64,000 nucleotides of DNA from positions 1 to 64,000 of IMG/VR virus record IMGVR_UViG_2513237329_000015; one strand, given 5' to 3'. Positions 44,818 through 54,314 of the stretch are shown here, piece by piece. Numbering within the stretch: position 1 is the stretch's first letter; every line of letters starts with the position of its first letter. A model generated the notes under the pieces. It did not search any database, was not told the origin of the DNA, and worked only from the letters and a program-made list of their open reading frames with translations. A program made the position numbers and the translations under genes. Source of the DNA: a virus (lineage: Duplodnaviria; Caudoviricetes).

Positions 44818-46638
44818 ATGAGAAAAGGTAATTTGCTGCTGTGCGGAATAGTCGCTGTGGCAATGCTAGCGCCGTCATGCCAGGCCATCGCTCCTGATGT
44901 GGAATACAAGCGGCTTCCTGATTGGAATTGCCTAGAAGGACTGGAGTCTTATACCGAAGAAAACGGCGCTATAGTTCCAGTTCTACATGTGGGCGGTAAT
45001 TGGAAATGTAATTTTGCAAACCAATGGGGGGAATTACTTGTAGAAGGGGTTTTTGACGATTTCGGCGAATTCTCGGAGGGTCTGGCTTTGGTGCGTGTGG
45101 GTGATACATTCGGGTATATTGACACGCTTGGGACAATGGTGATCCAACTGCCTGAAGATGCCTCATATTGTGGAGACTTCCATAACGGGCGCGCTTTTAT
45201 CAAAGGAAGAGATGGGGATAGGTACTATATCGACAGGACGGGAGAAATCATCTATCGCAGTCCAGAGGATGTTTTTTTAGCGGCGGAATTTGATGAACAT
45301 GGGATCGCACCGGCCAAAGATCTCCAGAGCGGCTTATACGGATATTATAACCAAGACGGCTATTGGGAGATCCCTCCGCAGTATGAGACGACCTATTCTT
45401 TTGAGGGGGATTATGCGTTTTTCCGCGAGGACGGAAAAGGCGGAATAATGGATCGCAGTGGGGCTATCATTCTTCCACCTAAGTATTCGATCGTTTATAC
45501 GCTTTCGGAAGGGGATCCCGCACTATTTGGTATCTGTGAGACTCGGGATGAAAAACAGCTCTATGGCTTAGCAGATTCGAACGGCACGATTCTGATAGAA
45601 CCTCAAGACAAATGGACGTATAGCGTTCCGATGTATTCGTGCGGGTATTGTGTGGTTAACTATCGATATCGCCAATATGATCCAGAGTCGGGTGATTATA
45701 CGGACAGTTCTCCCAACAGTCTTATTGATGAGAAGGGCAATGAGATTCCCCTGCCGTATGAGGTTACAGATAGCCAATTCTACGATGGTTTTCTTCTGGT
45801 CAGGGATCCGGAAAGGACGGCATATCTCAATACAGACTTGGAGGAAGTTCTTTCGCTGGATATATCATTTGAGGAATATTCCGCAAGTCCTCTCATCGAC
45901 GGTATTGTTGCTGTAACCAAAGATATCGGCAGTCACACCTATGTGATTGACCAGGATGGAGAACTTATTTGTGAAATGACGGACAGCCGCCTCCATGATG
46001 ATTTTGGGGTATTTTCAGAAGGGACTTGCTGGGCTCGAACGGTCAGTGAAACAGAGGGAGGCTCTTTTTTATACTTCGATCCCCGCCTGAAAGACTATAC
46101 CAGTCCCTGGGCGGCGGCGGAGATGGATCGTGCTCAGGCGGCGGGGCTGGTGACGGAGAGCAACGACAGCTATTTCACGTTCCGCATCACGCGGCGGCGG
46201 TTCGCGGAGCTGATGGCCAATCTGGTGGAAAAGACGACCGGCCGGAGCATCACCCCGGCGCCGGAGGGCACCTTCTCGGACACCGACGATCTATGGGTGC
46301 GCAAGGCCGCCGCGCTGGGGCTGGTCAACGGCCTGGACGACGGCCGCTTCAGTCCCAACGGCTACATCAACCGCGAGCAGCTGGCCGTCATGCTGCATCG
46401 GACGATTGAGTACCTGGAGGACGAGACCGGCCGGAGCGTGCTCGCAGACGCCGGCGGCCTGGAAAGCTTCACCGATGCCGGACAGGTCTCCGGCTGGGCG
46501 GCGGACTCCCTGGCGGCCCTCACCGCCTCCGGTATCCTCCAGGGTACTTCCAGCGCCACCCTCTCCCCCAAGGACACCACTACCGTGGAGCAGGCCATTC
46601 TCCTCACTCTCCGAGCCTATCAGGAGTTTTCTAAATAG
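44818..46638 (+). CDS. Secreted WG-repeat protein with C-terminal SLH domains
   Basis: Signal peptide; FSEGLALV...FGYID, YGYYNQDG.W.IPPQY repeats; SPWA...ITRRRFA, GLVNG..DGRFSP...NREQLA. Confidence 0.88.
   Translation: MRKGNLLLCGIVAVAMLAPSCQAIAPDVEYKRLPDWNCLEGLESYTEENGAIVPVLHVGGNWKCNFANQWGELLVEGVFDDFGEFSEGLALVRVGDTFGYIDTLGTMVIQLPEDASYCGDFHNGRAFIKGRDGDRYYIDRTGEIIYRSPEDVFLAAEFDEHGIAPAKDLQSGLYGYYNQDGYWEIPPQYETTYSFEGDYAFFREDGKGGIMDRSGAIILPPKYSIVYTLSEGDPALFGICETRDEKQLYGLADSNGTILIEPQDKWTYSVPMYSCGYCVVNYRYRQYDPESGDYTDSSPNSLIDEKGNEIPLPYEVTDSQFYDGFLLVRDPERTAYLNTDLEEVLSLDISFEEYSASPLIDGIVAVTKDIGSHTYVIDQDGELICEMTDSRLHDDFGVFSEGTCWARTVSETEGGSFLYFDPRLKDYTSPWAAAEMDRAQAAGLVTESNDSYFTFRITRRRFAELMANLVEKTTGRSITPAPEGTFSDTDDLWVRKAAALGLVNGLDDGRFSPNGYINREQLAVMLHRTIEYLEDETGRSVLADAGGLESFTDAGQVSGWAADSLAALTASGILQGTSSATLSPKDTTTVEQAILLTLRAYQEFSK
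46426..46638 (+). repeat. 213-bp direct repeat, copy 1 (copy 2 at 48293-48505), encoding the last SLH domain
   Basis: 13 mismatches in 213 bp by manual alignment, mostly third codon positions. Confidence 0.9.
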
Positions 46639-46711
46639 GTTGGACGGGGCAGGGCGCGAAATATATCTGCGCTCTGCCCCAATAGAAATGCAGGAAAGAT
46701 GGGGATTTACT

Positions 46712-48505
46712 ATGAAACGACGGTTAATAGGATTTCTTCTGTCATGTGCCATGCTTCTTCCTCAAAGCATGGTATGGGCAAGCGCATCCGGGCCTGCACT
46801 TGATATTTCCTGGATTGAGTTGCCATCTTCTGCCGCTTGGGATGTTATAGCTGACGATATTACCGCTGGCCCTGTCTGTTTTGCGCACGATGACCCTTTT
46901 GAGATGAGTCAATACTATGACTTGTCGGGTAAGCCTGTCGAAACCGGCTTTGCCTACAGACCGGGCGACTACTATTTTTCCTGTGGATTGGGAGTGATCG
47001 AGCGGGACGGGAAATACGGTTATATCGATGCCGAGGGGAATTTAGTGATCGACTGCATCTATGATGCTGGCTACACATTTGAGGATGGCTTGGCTCTGGT
47101 GGAGAAGGACGGGGAAGAGTTGCTGATCGATGTGTCCGGAAAAACCTTCATGAACCTAAGCGAACGCCAGCTAAATGCCTATTCGGGCTTTTCGGAAGGG
47201 TTCTGCGCAGTGAGCTCTGAGGCAGAGGGAGAAAACTGGGGATTAACCGGCTACATAGACAAAAATGGAGAGCTTGCAGTCCCGATGCGTTACATGTCTG
47301 CTTTCGATTTCCACGATGGAATTGTTGTTGTGCGGGAATATTATGACGGGAAGGGCAGCACTGGAGCAGTGGACAAAGAGGGGAATGTCATTATCCCCTG
47401 TGAATATGACGATGTAGAAAACTATACCGCTAATAAGAACTACCTCATTGCAACAGATGAGACACGGAGCGATATTTATCGCAGAGACGGAACGCTTTTA
47501 CATTCGTTTCCGAAATCCCAATATGATAGGGTCAGAATAGGAGAAATAAACGACCTGATTTTTGTTGAAAAGAACTACAGGTGTGGCTGCTTAGATATGG
47601 ACGGCCAAGAAATAGTTCCTATGATGTATTATGTCCTTCAAGAATCGGGAATTGATGGGGGCTTAATAGCGCAGAAGGTTCCGTATCAAACTCCTGCTGG
47701 CACAAATATGTGGGGAACCATTGCCCTTGATGACGAGATGGCGTTCGTCCCATTTCCTGATGAAGCTGCATATGTCGGATTTCCTTTTTCTGAAGGCAGT
47801 ATTGTAGTAAAACAACAGTCAACCGGAAAATATGGCTATATGGATCAGACAGGTGCCTGGGTCGTTCCTCCCCAATTTGATCAGGCAAAGTCCTTTGAGA
47901 ATGGGTACGAGCTGGTTTGCCAGGATGGCAGAATTGGCATTCTGAAAAATCCTCTTGATCTTCCCAGTCCATGGGCCGCCGGTGCTGTAAGCACAGCCCG
48001 GGAACTGGGCCTGTTGCCTCGACAAGTCGATAGTTGCTATACCACAGCGATAACACGTCAGCACTTTTCTGAACTTATGGTTTGTCTGGTGGAAACTGCT
48101 GACGGCAAGAAAATAGATGCAAGGTCAGTCCTTCCATTTACAGATACTGCGGATATTGCAGCAAGAAAAGCCTATGCAGCAGGTATCGTAACCGGAACTG
48201 GAGATGGAACGACCTTTTCACCAGATGCCTCTATCACCAGAGAACAGATGGCGGCGATGCTGTACCGGGCCATTCAATACATCCAGAAGCAAACCGGCCG
48301 GAGCGTGCTCACAGAGGCCGGCGGCCTGGACAGCTTCACCGACGCCGGACAGGTCTCCGGCTGGGCGGCGGATTCCCTGGCGGCCCTCACCGCCTCCGGC
48401 ATCCTCCAAGGTACTTCCAGCGCCACCCTCTCCCCCAAGGACACCACCACTGTGGAGCAGGCGATTCTCCTCACCCTACGGGCCTATCAGGAGTTTTCTA
48501 AATAG
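46712..48505 (+). CDS. Second secreted WG-repeat/SLH protein
   Basis: Signal peptide MKRRLIGFLLSCAMLL; KYGYID.EG, FSEGF; SLH motifs GIVTG.GDGTTFSP...ITREQMA. Confidence 0.88.
   Translation: MKRRLIGFLLSCAMLLPQSMVWASASGPALDISWIELPSSAAWDVIADDITAGPVCFAHDDPFEMSQYYDLSGKPVETGFAYRPGDYYFSCGLGVIERDGKYGYIDAEGNLVIDCIYDAGYTFEDGLALVEKDGEELLIDVSGKTFMNLSERQLNAYSGFSEGFCAVSSEAEGENWGLTGYIDKNGELAVPMRYMSAFDFHDGIVVVREYYDGKGSTGAVDKEGNVIIPCEYDDVENYTANKNYLIATDETRSDIYRRDGTLLHSFPKSQYDRVRIGEINDLIFVEKNYRCGCLDMDGQEIVPMMYYVLQESGIDGGLIAQKVPYQTPAGTNMWGTIALDDEMAFVPFPDEAAYVGFPFSEGSIVVKQQSTGKYGYMDQTGAWVVPPQFDQAKSFENGYELVCQDGRIGILKNPLDLPSPWAAGAVSTARELGLLPRQVDSCYTTAITRQHFSELMVCLVETADGKKIDARSVLPFTDTADIAARKAYAAGIVTGTGDGTTFSPDASITREQMAAMLYRAIQYIQKQTGRSVLTEAGGLDSFTDAGQVSGWAADSLAALTASGILQGTSSATLSPKDTTTVEQAILLTLRAYQEFSK
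48293..48505 (+). repeat. 213-bp direct repeat, copy 2
   Basis: Matches 46426-46638 through the shared stop codon. Confidence 0.9.
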
Positions 48506-48552
48506 ATTGGTACCTGGAAGGAGTAATTATTCTATAGAAAGAAGGGGAAATT

Positions 48553-48906
48553 ATGTTACCCCTTAAAGCGAGAGAGAAGTCCTTTAGCAATGTACGTTCT
48601 TTTGCTGGGGCATCTGGCGGCTCACCTGACAATTTTTATAGAAGGGTGAACGTAACGGTCCACCACGGTCAAGAAGAATATTTGTATCGAGGAATCTATA
48701 TGAGCATCGGCTATCAGTATAACTATATGGATTATAAAGTAGAGTTAATTTGGGAGGATGATACCAGTCAACCGAATTATGAGGACATCGGGTTACACGG
48801 AGAATATTCAACAAACTGGCAGGAGTTCTCATTCTCTGGAGGTAGATTGTCTTTTACAGACGGCGATAATCAGGTAAGCGTGTTTGTTGGAGATACAGCG
48901 AGCTGA
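48553..48906 (+). CDS. Hypothetical low-GC protein (possible orphan immunity protein)
   Basis: 117 aa ORF at the end of the toxin locus, followed by a hairpin. Confidence 0.55.
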   Translation: MLPLKAREKSFSNVRSFAGASGGSPDNFYRRVNVTVHHGQEEYLYRGIYMSIGYQYNYMDYKVELIWEDDTSQPNYEDIGLHGEYSTNWQEFSFSGGRLSFTDGDNQVSVFVGDTAS

Positions 48907-48989
48907 TGGTGATGCCGGCGGCTGCCTGACCTGGCGCAATTTGGGGCATCTCCTACGAGCGGAGAAAAGCGATAAATGGATCGCAGGAG

Positions 48990-49027
48990 GAAGAAACTGG
49001 CGAGGCTTTTGCCTAGCCAGTTTCTTC
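48990..49027. terminator. Inverted repeat / terminator closing the Rhs locus
   Basis: GAAGAAACTGGC.AGGC-TTTT-GCCT.GCCAGTTTCTTC. Confidence 0.65.
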
Positions 49028-49273
49028 GCGATGAAATGAGCATCTCTCCCTTCTAGACCTATATGACAGATACGGGGGGGAGAGCTTTTATTAAATTGCA
49101 GTTGGAAAAACTCCGCCTATACAGGAGAGGAAAGAGCTGATAGAATAAAGGCGTATTCTAGGTCAGAGCAAGATTAAGGGCGGAGTAAGTTAGGGCGGAA
49201 CGGCGTGGAAGGAGGGTGAAGTCTGCCCTCTGCCGGACAGCTACGACCTGGAAAATTGAATCTGGACATGAAT

Positions 49274-49312
49274 GACTGTAATTGCCTTTTGGGGTGGTTG
49301 CGGTCTTTTTTT
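49274..49312 (+). terminator. G-U-rich terminator-like hairpin in the leader of the helicase operon
   Basis: 14-bp stem with six G-U pairs (49274-49305) then T7, just before the AAGGAG RBS. Confidence 0.5.
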
Positions 49313-49337
49313 GTCCCCAAATAGGAAAGGAGAATGA

Positions 49338-52300
49338 ATGGCGCAAAGCAGACTGATTGAACTAAGCTATTTTGACCCGCACACATCCATCCGCCTGACC
49401 ACCTATGCGGATACCATCGTGACCGACTACAGTTCCCCAAACCGTATCATCAGCGCAGTCCGGTTCGGTGGATATCCAGAGGTAGTAAAGGCAATGTCGG
49501 ACGCGATCTACGGCGGAGCAACCATCGACGTATGTTCAAACGGTGAGACCCTGCATCTGGACACGCTTCCCAAGGGCTACCGAAGGCAGCTCTCCCACGA
49601 CGGCATGTACGCTGCGGCCACTCTTATGGCCAACGACGACGCGCAATCCCTGGATCAGCTAAAGGAGGACACCGCAGAAGATGACTCCCTCGAAGAGAGC
49701 AAGCCGCGTAAATGCTATATCTTCTGCCCAGCCGGGGATCAGGACAGGCTTTTTGAAGAAGTGGATCGGAAAACAGCGGCTCCGCTGATTCCAGAATTTC
49801 GGGACTATGTCCTGCAGGAGCTCATCCGCCGGGGAGAGCTGAGAAGGATGGAGGTATTCTCCGTCAAGGAGAAGATGGATGCCTGGGTTCTCTCTCTGCT
49901 GCCGGAGGATAAAAATGTGGTACAGGTGCTGGAGGATGGCCTGAAAACCGGACAGATTGCTATACCAGGGGCGACGCCCGGAATGCCGGATGGTTTTGCT
50001 CAGGTAGAAAATGTTACCGACTATCTTAGCACCTACGGTATCACGGTCGCCGACCGTATCCGAAAACAGTTTATCCCCCTGTTTGACCCGGCCTCCGAGC
50101 CGCTGTCGGACGAAGTGCTGGACATCAACCGCTATATTCAGCAGAAGGCTGGATATTCCCTTTATGATGCACAGCTTGCTGTGGCCGAAGCGACCAAGCG
50201 CCAGCTTCAGCGCTGCGGCACGGCCTTGATTGTGGCAGAATGTGGAAGTGGAAAAACGAAAATTGGTACAGATGCTTTGGGTGCCCTCTATGGGCTTGGG
50301 GCTGCACAGGGCGGCAAGAAGACCTTCAACCTGGTCATGGCCCCGTCACATGTCACAAAGAAGTGGGTGCGTGAGATCGGCGAGACTCTGCCCAACACCT
50401 TTGCCATGGTGGTAAAAAGCATCACAGACCTCAACCGGCTTTATGATATGTACCAGAACTGTCCTCAGAGTGTTTTTGCGGTGTTCAGCAAGGAGCGCGC
50501 CCGGGACGGCTATATGCGCTATCCCGCTGTTCAGTGGAATTGCAGAAAAAAAGCGTTTCTCTGTCCAGACTGCATGGAACCGGTTGAAATGGAGATCAGC
50601 GAGGATGGCACCAGGTACACGGTCAACGCCGACCAGTTTTTCTTTCAGAAGGAGCACAAAAGGAACCACAAATGCCGCCGTTGCGGCGCAGTTCTCTGGG
50701 CACCGGTAGTCCCTGGGAGGCAAATCGACTGGATCAAGATCCCAGAGTATGGCTGGATCTACCGTTACAGGGCAGGCAAGCATCTCATGCGCACCCAAAA
50801 CGAGGCGGTATTGGATCAGCTTACCCAAATTGCCGCATTCCCGGAGCAGAGCTATCCGGTGAGGGGAGCAAAGCGCAGGTTTCCGCTGAGCACCTACATC
50901 AAAAGGAAAATGCGCGGACAGATCGATGCAATTCTTTGTGATGAACTGCATCAGTACAACAATGCAAGCGGTCAAGGTGACGCCATGGCGGAGCTGTTTG
51001 GCGTCTGCAGGTATTATATCGGCATGACTGCCACCTTGATTAACGGGTACAGCAGCGGCATCTTCCACCTGCTTTACCGTCTGCTCCCCGGCCTGATGCT
51101 CAAGGACGGGAAGCGATATCGAAAACCGGGCGACTTTGATGCTGAGTACGGCGTTGTAGAGAACACCTACGAAATCAAAGATGCAGCCTACAACTCCAAT
51201 CGAAGGGCCATAAAAAGGAAAACTAAGAGCCGCCAGCTTCCAGGCGTATCCCCGCTGGTATACTCACGCTTCCTGCTGGAGTATACCTCCTTCCTATCAC
51301 TTTCCGATATGGGGAAGGATTTGCCGGACTACGAGGAGATCCCGGTCCCACTGGATATGCCCGAAGCGGTTTACAGCAGCTACGAAAAGATTGAACATGA
51401 GCTTCGGATGGTTTTGAAGACAGACCGAAAGGCGGCGCAAAAGATTCTCTCTGCCTATCTTAACCTTCTGACCGTCTATCCGGATCAGCCTTACGATCAG
51501 CCTGCCATAATACACCCCATTGAGGGGACGGTCATTGCAGAACCGCCCAACATGGCATCCTTTGAGGACATTCTGCCCAAAGAGGAAAAGACACTGGAAA
51601 TTGTCCGGGAAAAGCTCGCAGCAGGAGAACGGGTGCTCATCTATACCAGTTGGACCCGGACCGACTCACAGAAAAAACTGCTGAAGCAACTCCATCAGGA
51701 GGGCATCTGCGCAGAGATCCTGAAACCCAGCGTCCCCACCGAAAAGCGGGAGGAATGGGTGGAAAAGCGTGTCCGGTTCGGACTACAGGTACTCATTACC
51801 AATCCATCCGTAGTAGAAACCGGGCTCGATTTGAATGCCTTTACGACCCTGATCTTCTACTCGATAGGCTACAACCTCTTCACGCTCCGGCAGGCGTCGC
51901 GCCGCTCATGGCGTATCAATCAGAGCGCGCCGAGGGTCGAGGTCTATCTGCTCTATTATGCCAATACCATCCAAGCCAAGGCCGTGAAGCTGATGGCCTC
52001 CAAGCTGGCGGTGGCCGGCATTATTGAGGGCACCTTCTCGGAGGAGGGCCTGTCCGCCATGAGCGATGTGCGGGACCTGACCTCCCAGATGGCCAAGGAG
52101 CTCTCACTCGGCATCAAGGACAACGTGGAGGATATTGCCGCGGCGTTCAAGAAAATGGCGGTCATCAACCCGGGGCGAGAGAATAGACAAAAGCAGCCCG
52201 TACAGACCGCGGCGGGCTCCGAGGTATTCTCTATGCCTGCTGTGGAGCATCCCGCCGCATCCGGCACACCGGGCGGCATCCGCGCAGTGGAATCCCAGCA

Positions 52301-52418
52301 GCGACGGATGCTCTATGAAGGCCTGCTGCAAAAAAGAATGGAAGAACAACAAAAACGCAGGAAAAAGCAGCGCACAGTGGACGAAAACCAACTGTCGCTC
52401 TTTGGGCCTGCCGCTTGA
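49338..52418 (+). CDS. SF2 (SNF2-like) helicase with Zn-ribbon insertion
   Basis: AECGSGKT, DELH, TAT, ETGLDL, QASRRSWR motifs; CPDC...CRRC; C-terminal QLSLF. Confidence 0.88.
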   Translation: MAQSRLIELSYFDPHTSIRLTTYADTIVTDYSSPNRIISAVRFGGYPEVVKAMSDAIYGGATIDVCSNGETLHLDTLPKGYRRQLSHDGMYAAATLMANDDAQSLDQLKEDTAEDDSLEESKPRKCYIFCPAGDQDRLFEEVDRKTAAPLIPEFRDYVLQELIRRGELRRMEVFSVKEKMDAWVLSLLPEDKNVVQVLEDGLKTGQIAIPGATPGMPDGFAQVENVTDYLSTYGITVADRIRKQFIPLFDPASEPLSDEVLDINRYIQQKAGYSLYDAQLAVAEATKRQLQRCGTALIVAECGSGKTKIGTDALGALYGLGAAQGGKKTFNLVMAPSHVTKKWVREIGETLPNTFAMVVKSITDLNRLYDMYQNCPQSVFAVFSKERARDGYMRYPAVQWNCRKKAFLCPDCMEPVEMEISEDGTRYTVNADQFFFQKEHKRNHKCRRCGAVLWAPVVPGRQIDWIKIPEYGWIYRYRAGKHLMRTQNEAVLDQLTQIAAFPEQSYPVRGAKRRFPLSTYIKRKMRGQIDAILCDELHQYNNASGQGDAMAELFGVCRYYIGMTATLINGYSSGIFHLLYRLLPGLMLKDGKRYRKPGDFDAEYGVVENTYEIKDAAYNSNRRAIKRKTKSRQLPGVSPLVYSRFLLEYTSFLSLSDMGKDLPDYEEIPVPLDMPEAVYSSYEKIEHELRMVLKTDRKAAQKILSAYLNLLTVYPDQPYDQPAIIHPIEGTVIAEPPNMASFEDILPKEEKTLEIVREKLAAGERVLIYTSWTRTDSQKKLLKQLHQEGICAEILKPSVPTEKREEWVEKRVRFGLQVLITNPSVVETGLDLNAFTTLIFYSIGYNLFTLRQASRRSWRINQSAPRVEVYLLYYANTIQAKAVKLMASKLAVAGIIEGTFSEEGLSAMSDVRDLTSQMAKELSLGIKDNVEDIAAAFKKMAVINPGRENRQKQPVQTAAGSEVFSMPAVEHPAASGTPGGIRAVESQQRRMLYEGLLQKRMEEQQKRRKKQRTVDENQLSLFGPAA

Positions 52419-52430
52419 TTATCAGGAGGA

Positions 52431-54302
52431 ATGACACATATGAATGAGAACTGGTCCTTACATCTGACCTTGTTGAACAACCGGACAGGACAAAAGATAG
52501 GGGCAAATTATCCCAAAAACAAATACGAGATTCTGGAAATGCTAGACCGCTGCCAAATCCCTTATGGGAGTGGCGACTATGCCCATCTGGCAGTTCCATT
52601 TCCTGATGGGACACCGGATAGCCTGCAATTAAAATTGGCTGGTGTGATTGAAAATGAGCATTGCCCTCCAAGCATTCGACAGGTAAATTTTCTGGCGGAG
52701 CAGCTCCAGCGGATGTCGGCGGAGAGCCGCGAGGCGCTAAAGCAGGAGCTTACGGATATGCCCATGGCTGTTATTACGGATGTGATCCGCATTGCTGGCC
52801 GTTTGCTCTCGGAGCTGCCTCTTCCTCAGACCATTGACCTGTCTGAGCGGGCCGTCCTTCTGACAGAGCAGGAGCCTTATTTCCGGCTTAACGTGGCGGC
52901 CCTGGAATCAGAGAGCACGGAGGACGGAGTTTGGCTTGACCTTCCCATGAAAAATGGAGCGCTAGAACAGCTCATGCTTCATCTGGATGTTCAAGACACT
53001 GATGAACTTGAGATCCGGGGCCTTTCCGGGGTTGTGTCGCCGGACGATTTGGAACTCGGGGAGTATGAAATATTCCTTGCTGATATTCATGATTATGATG
53101 CTTTTGCCCGGACGCTGATGGAGTGTGTTCCTGTTCATGCGATGGCAAAGTATAAGGCGCTTTTACTGGCCCGACCGACATCCATCCAAGGGGCAACCAA
53201 GCTGGCTACGCGACTGAGCTGTTATGAGTTTTTCCGTTACGCAGAGTTGCAGGACTTGCTTCAGGAACACAAACTCCACATGGACTGTAGAACTTTGGCG
53301 GATCATCTGAATTTTGATGAGACGAATTACGGCTTCATACGTTACAGGCTGGGACACAACCTGGATGTGGAACTAGATACGATCCGTTTAATGGAAAACA
53401 CCAAAACGGAGGATGCCTTCTGGAATGCAACGAAATACCTGTTTGGGAGGAATTCCCCTGATTCCTTTCAACGGTGGATTGCTTTCGTTGACAGGCAGGT
53501 GGAGTCTAACCAATATGCGGACAATTTTCCTTCCGCTTTTCCGCCCAACCCTGCTTTTACGGCTCAGTTTTGGCTGGGCTCTCTGCTTGCGGCGTTTTAT
53601 CAGGTCGCAGAGCAGTATGGCGATGAGATTGCCTTTAAGATCTGGAGTTGTCCGTATTGTTATCCGCCCCATCAACTTCTTGCCCTGGCGGAGCACCTGA
53701 AAGAGGGTGGAATGATCGAGGGCGTGGCTCAGAAGGACTTCGGGCCGGACGGCCTGCCCCTGCCCTTCCCCATGCTCGCGGATGTGCTACCCACTGACAG
53801 CCCCTATTGGGAGGAAGATCCGGCCGCGGCTGTGGAACGGATACATCAGGAACAGATTGCACAGAACAGAGCCCAACTCCGCACGGATCTGGCGTCTGGC
53901 ACCCGGCAGCTCTGGGATTTGGAACAGGAGCTGCAAGGCCGCGCCGGAACGTTTCCGGGCTGGCTGCAGGGAGCCTACGAGGTGAACGAGGACTTTGAAC
54001 AGTCTCTGGGGGAGGTAATCGCGGAGCTCTGTGAAACTTTCCAGGAGATCAAGCGCCGGTATGGAATTGAAATCGCCAGGGAGCTCTATAACGAGCACCC
54101 CGTGATTTTGAGCTCAGAGCTTCCAGGGGCGGCCCAGTTTCTCAGCATGGGCGGTTCCTGCAGTGGGGCTGCGGAGCTGGCCGGCGTCGGGTTCTTCATG
54201 CCGGAGGAAGATATCACGGAAGCTGAAATGGCACGGGCCGCAGCGTACATGAACGCCGGCGGCAATGCCAGTGAAGTCTATAAGGCAATCGAGCAGAACT
54301 GA
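52431..54302 (+). CDS. Acidic hypothetical protein, weak ArdA-like segment
   Basis: AGGAGG RBS; GVWLDLPM segment recalls antirestriction proteins; function uncertain. Confidence 0.6.
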   Translation: MTHMNENWSLHLTLLNNRTGQKIGANYPKNKYEILEMLDRCQIPYGSGDYAHLAVPFPDGTPDSLQLKLAGVIENEHCPPSIRQVNFLAEQLQRMSAESREALKQELTDMPMAVITDVIRIAGRLLSELPLPQTIDLSERAVLLTEQEPYFRLNVAALESESTEDGVWLDLPMKNGALEQLMLHLDVQDTDELEIRGLSGVVSPDDLELGEYEIFLADIHDYDAFARTLMECVPVHAMAKYKALLLARPTSIQGATKLATRLSCYEFFRYAELQDLLQEHKLHMDCRTLADHLNFDETNYGFIRYRLGHNLDVELDTIRLMENTKTEDAFWNATKYLFGRNSPDSFQRWIAFVDRQVESNQYADNFPSAFPPNPAFTAQFWLGSLLAAFYQVAEQYGDEIAFKIWSCPYCYPPHQLLALAEHLKEGGMIEGVAQKDFGPDGLPLPFPMLADVLPTDSPYWEEDPAAAVERIHQEQIAQNRAQLRTDLASGTRQLWDLEQELQGRAGTFPGWLQGAYEVNEDFEQSLGEVIAELCETFQEIKRRYGIEIARELYNEHPVILSSELPGAAQFLSMGGSCSGAAELAGVGFFMPEEDITEAEMARAAAYMNAGGNASEVYKAIEQN

Positions 54303-54314
54303 TAGGTTGGAGGT

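Noticed and set aside
46426-48505. 213-bp repeat pair as a second TR/VR
   Set aside because: Mismatches involve all bases and are mostly synonymous third positions, not adenine-specific.
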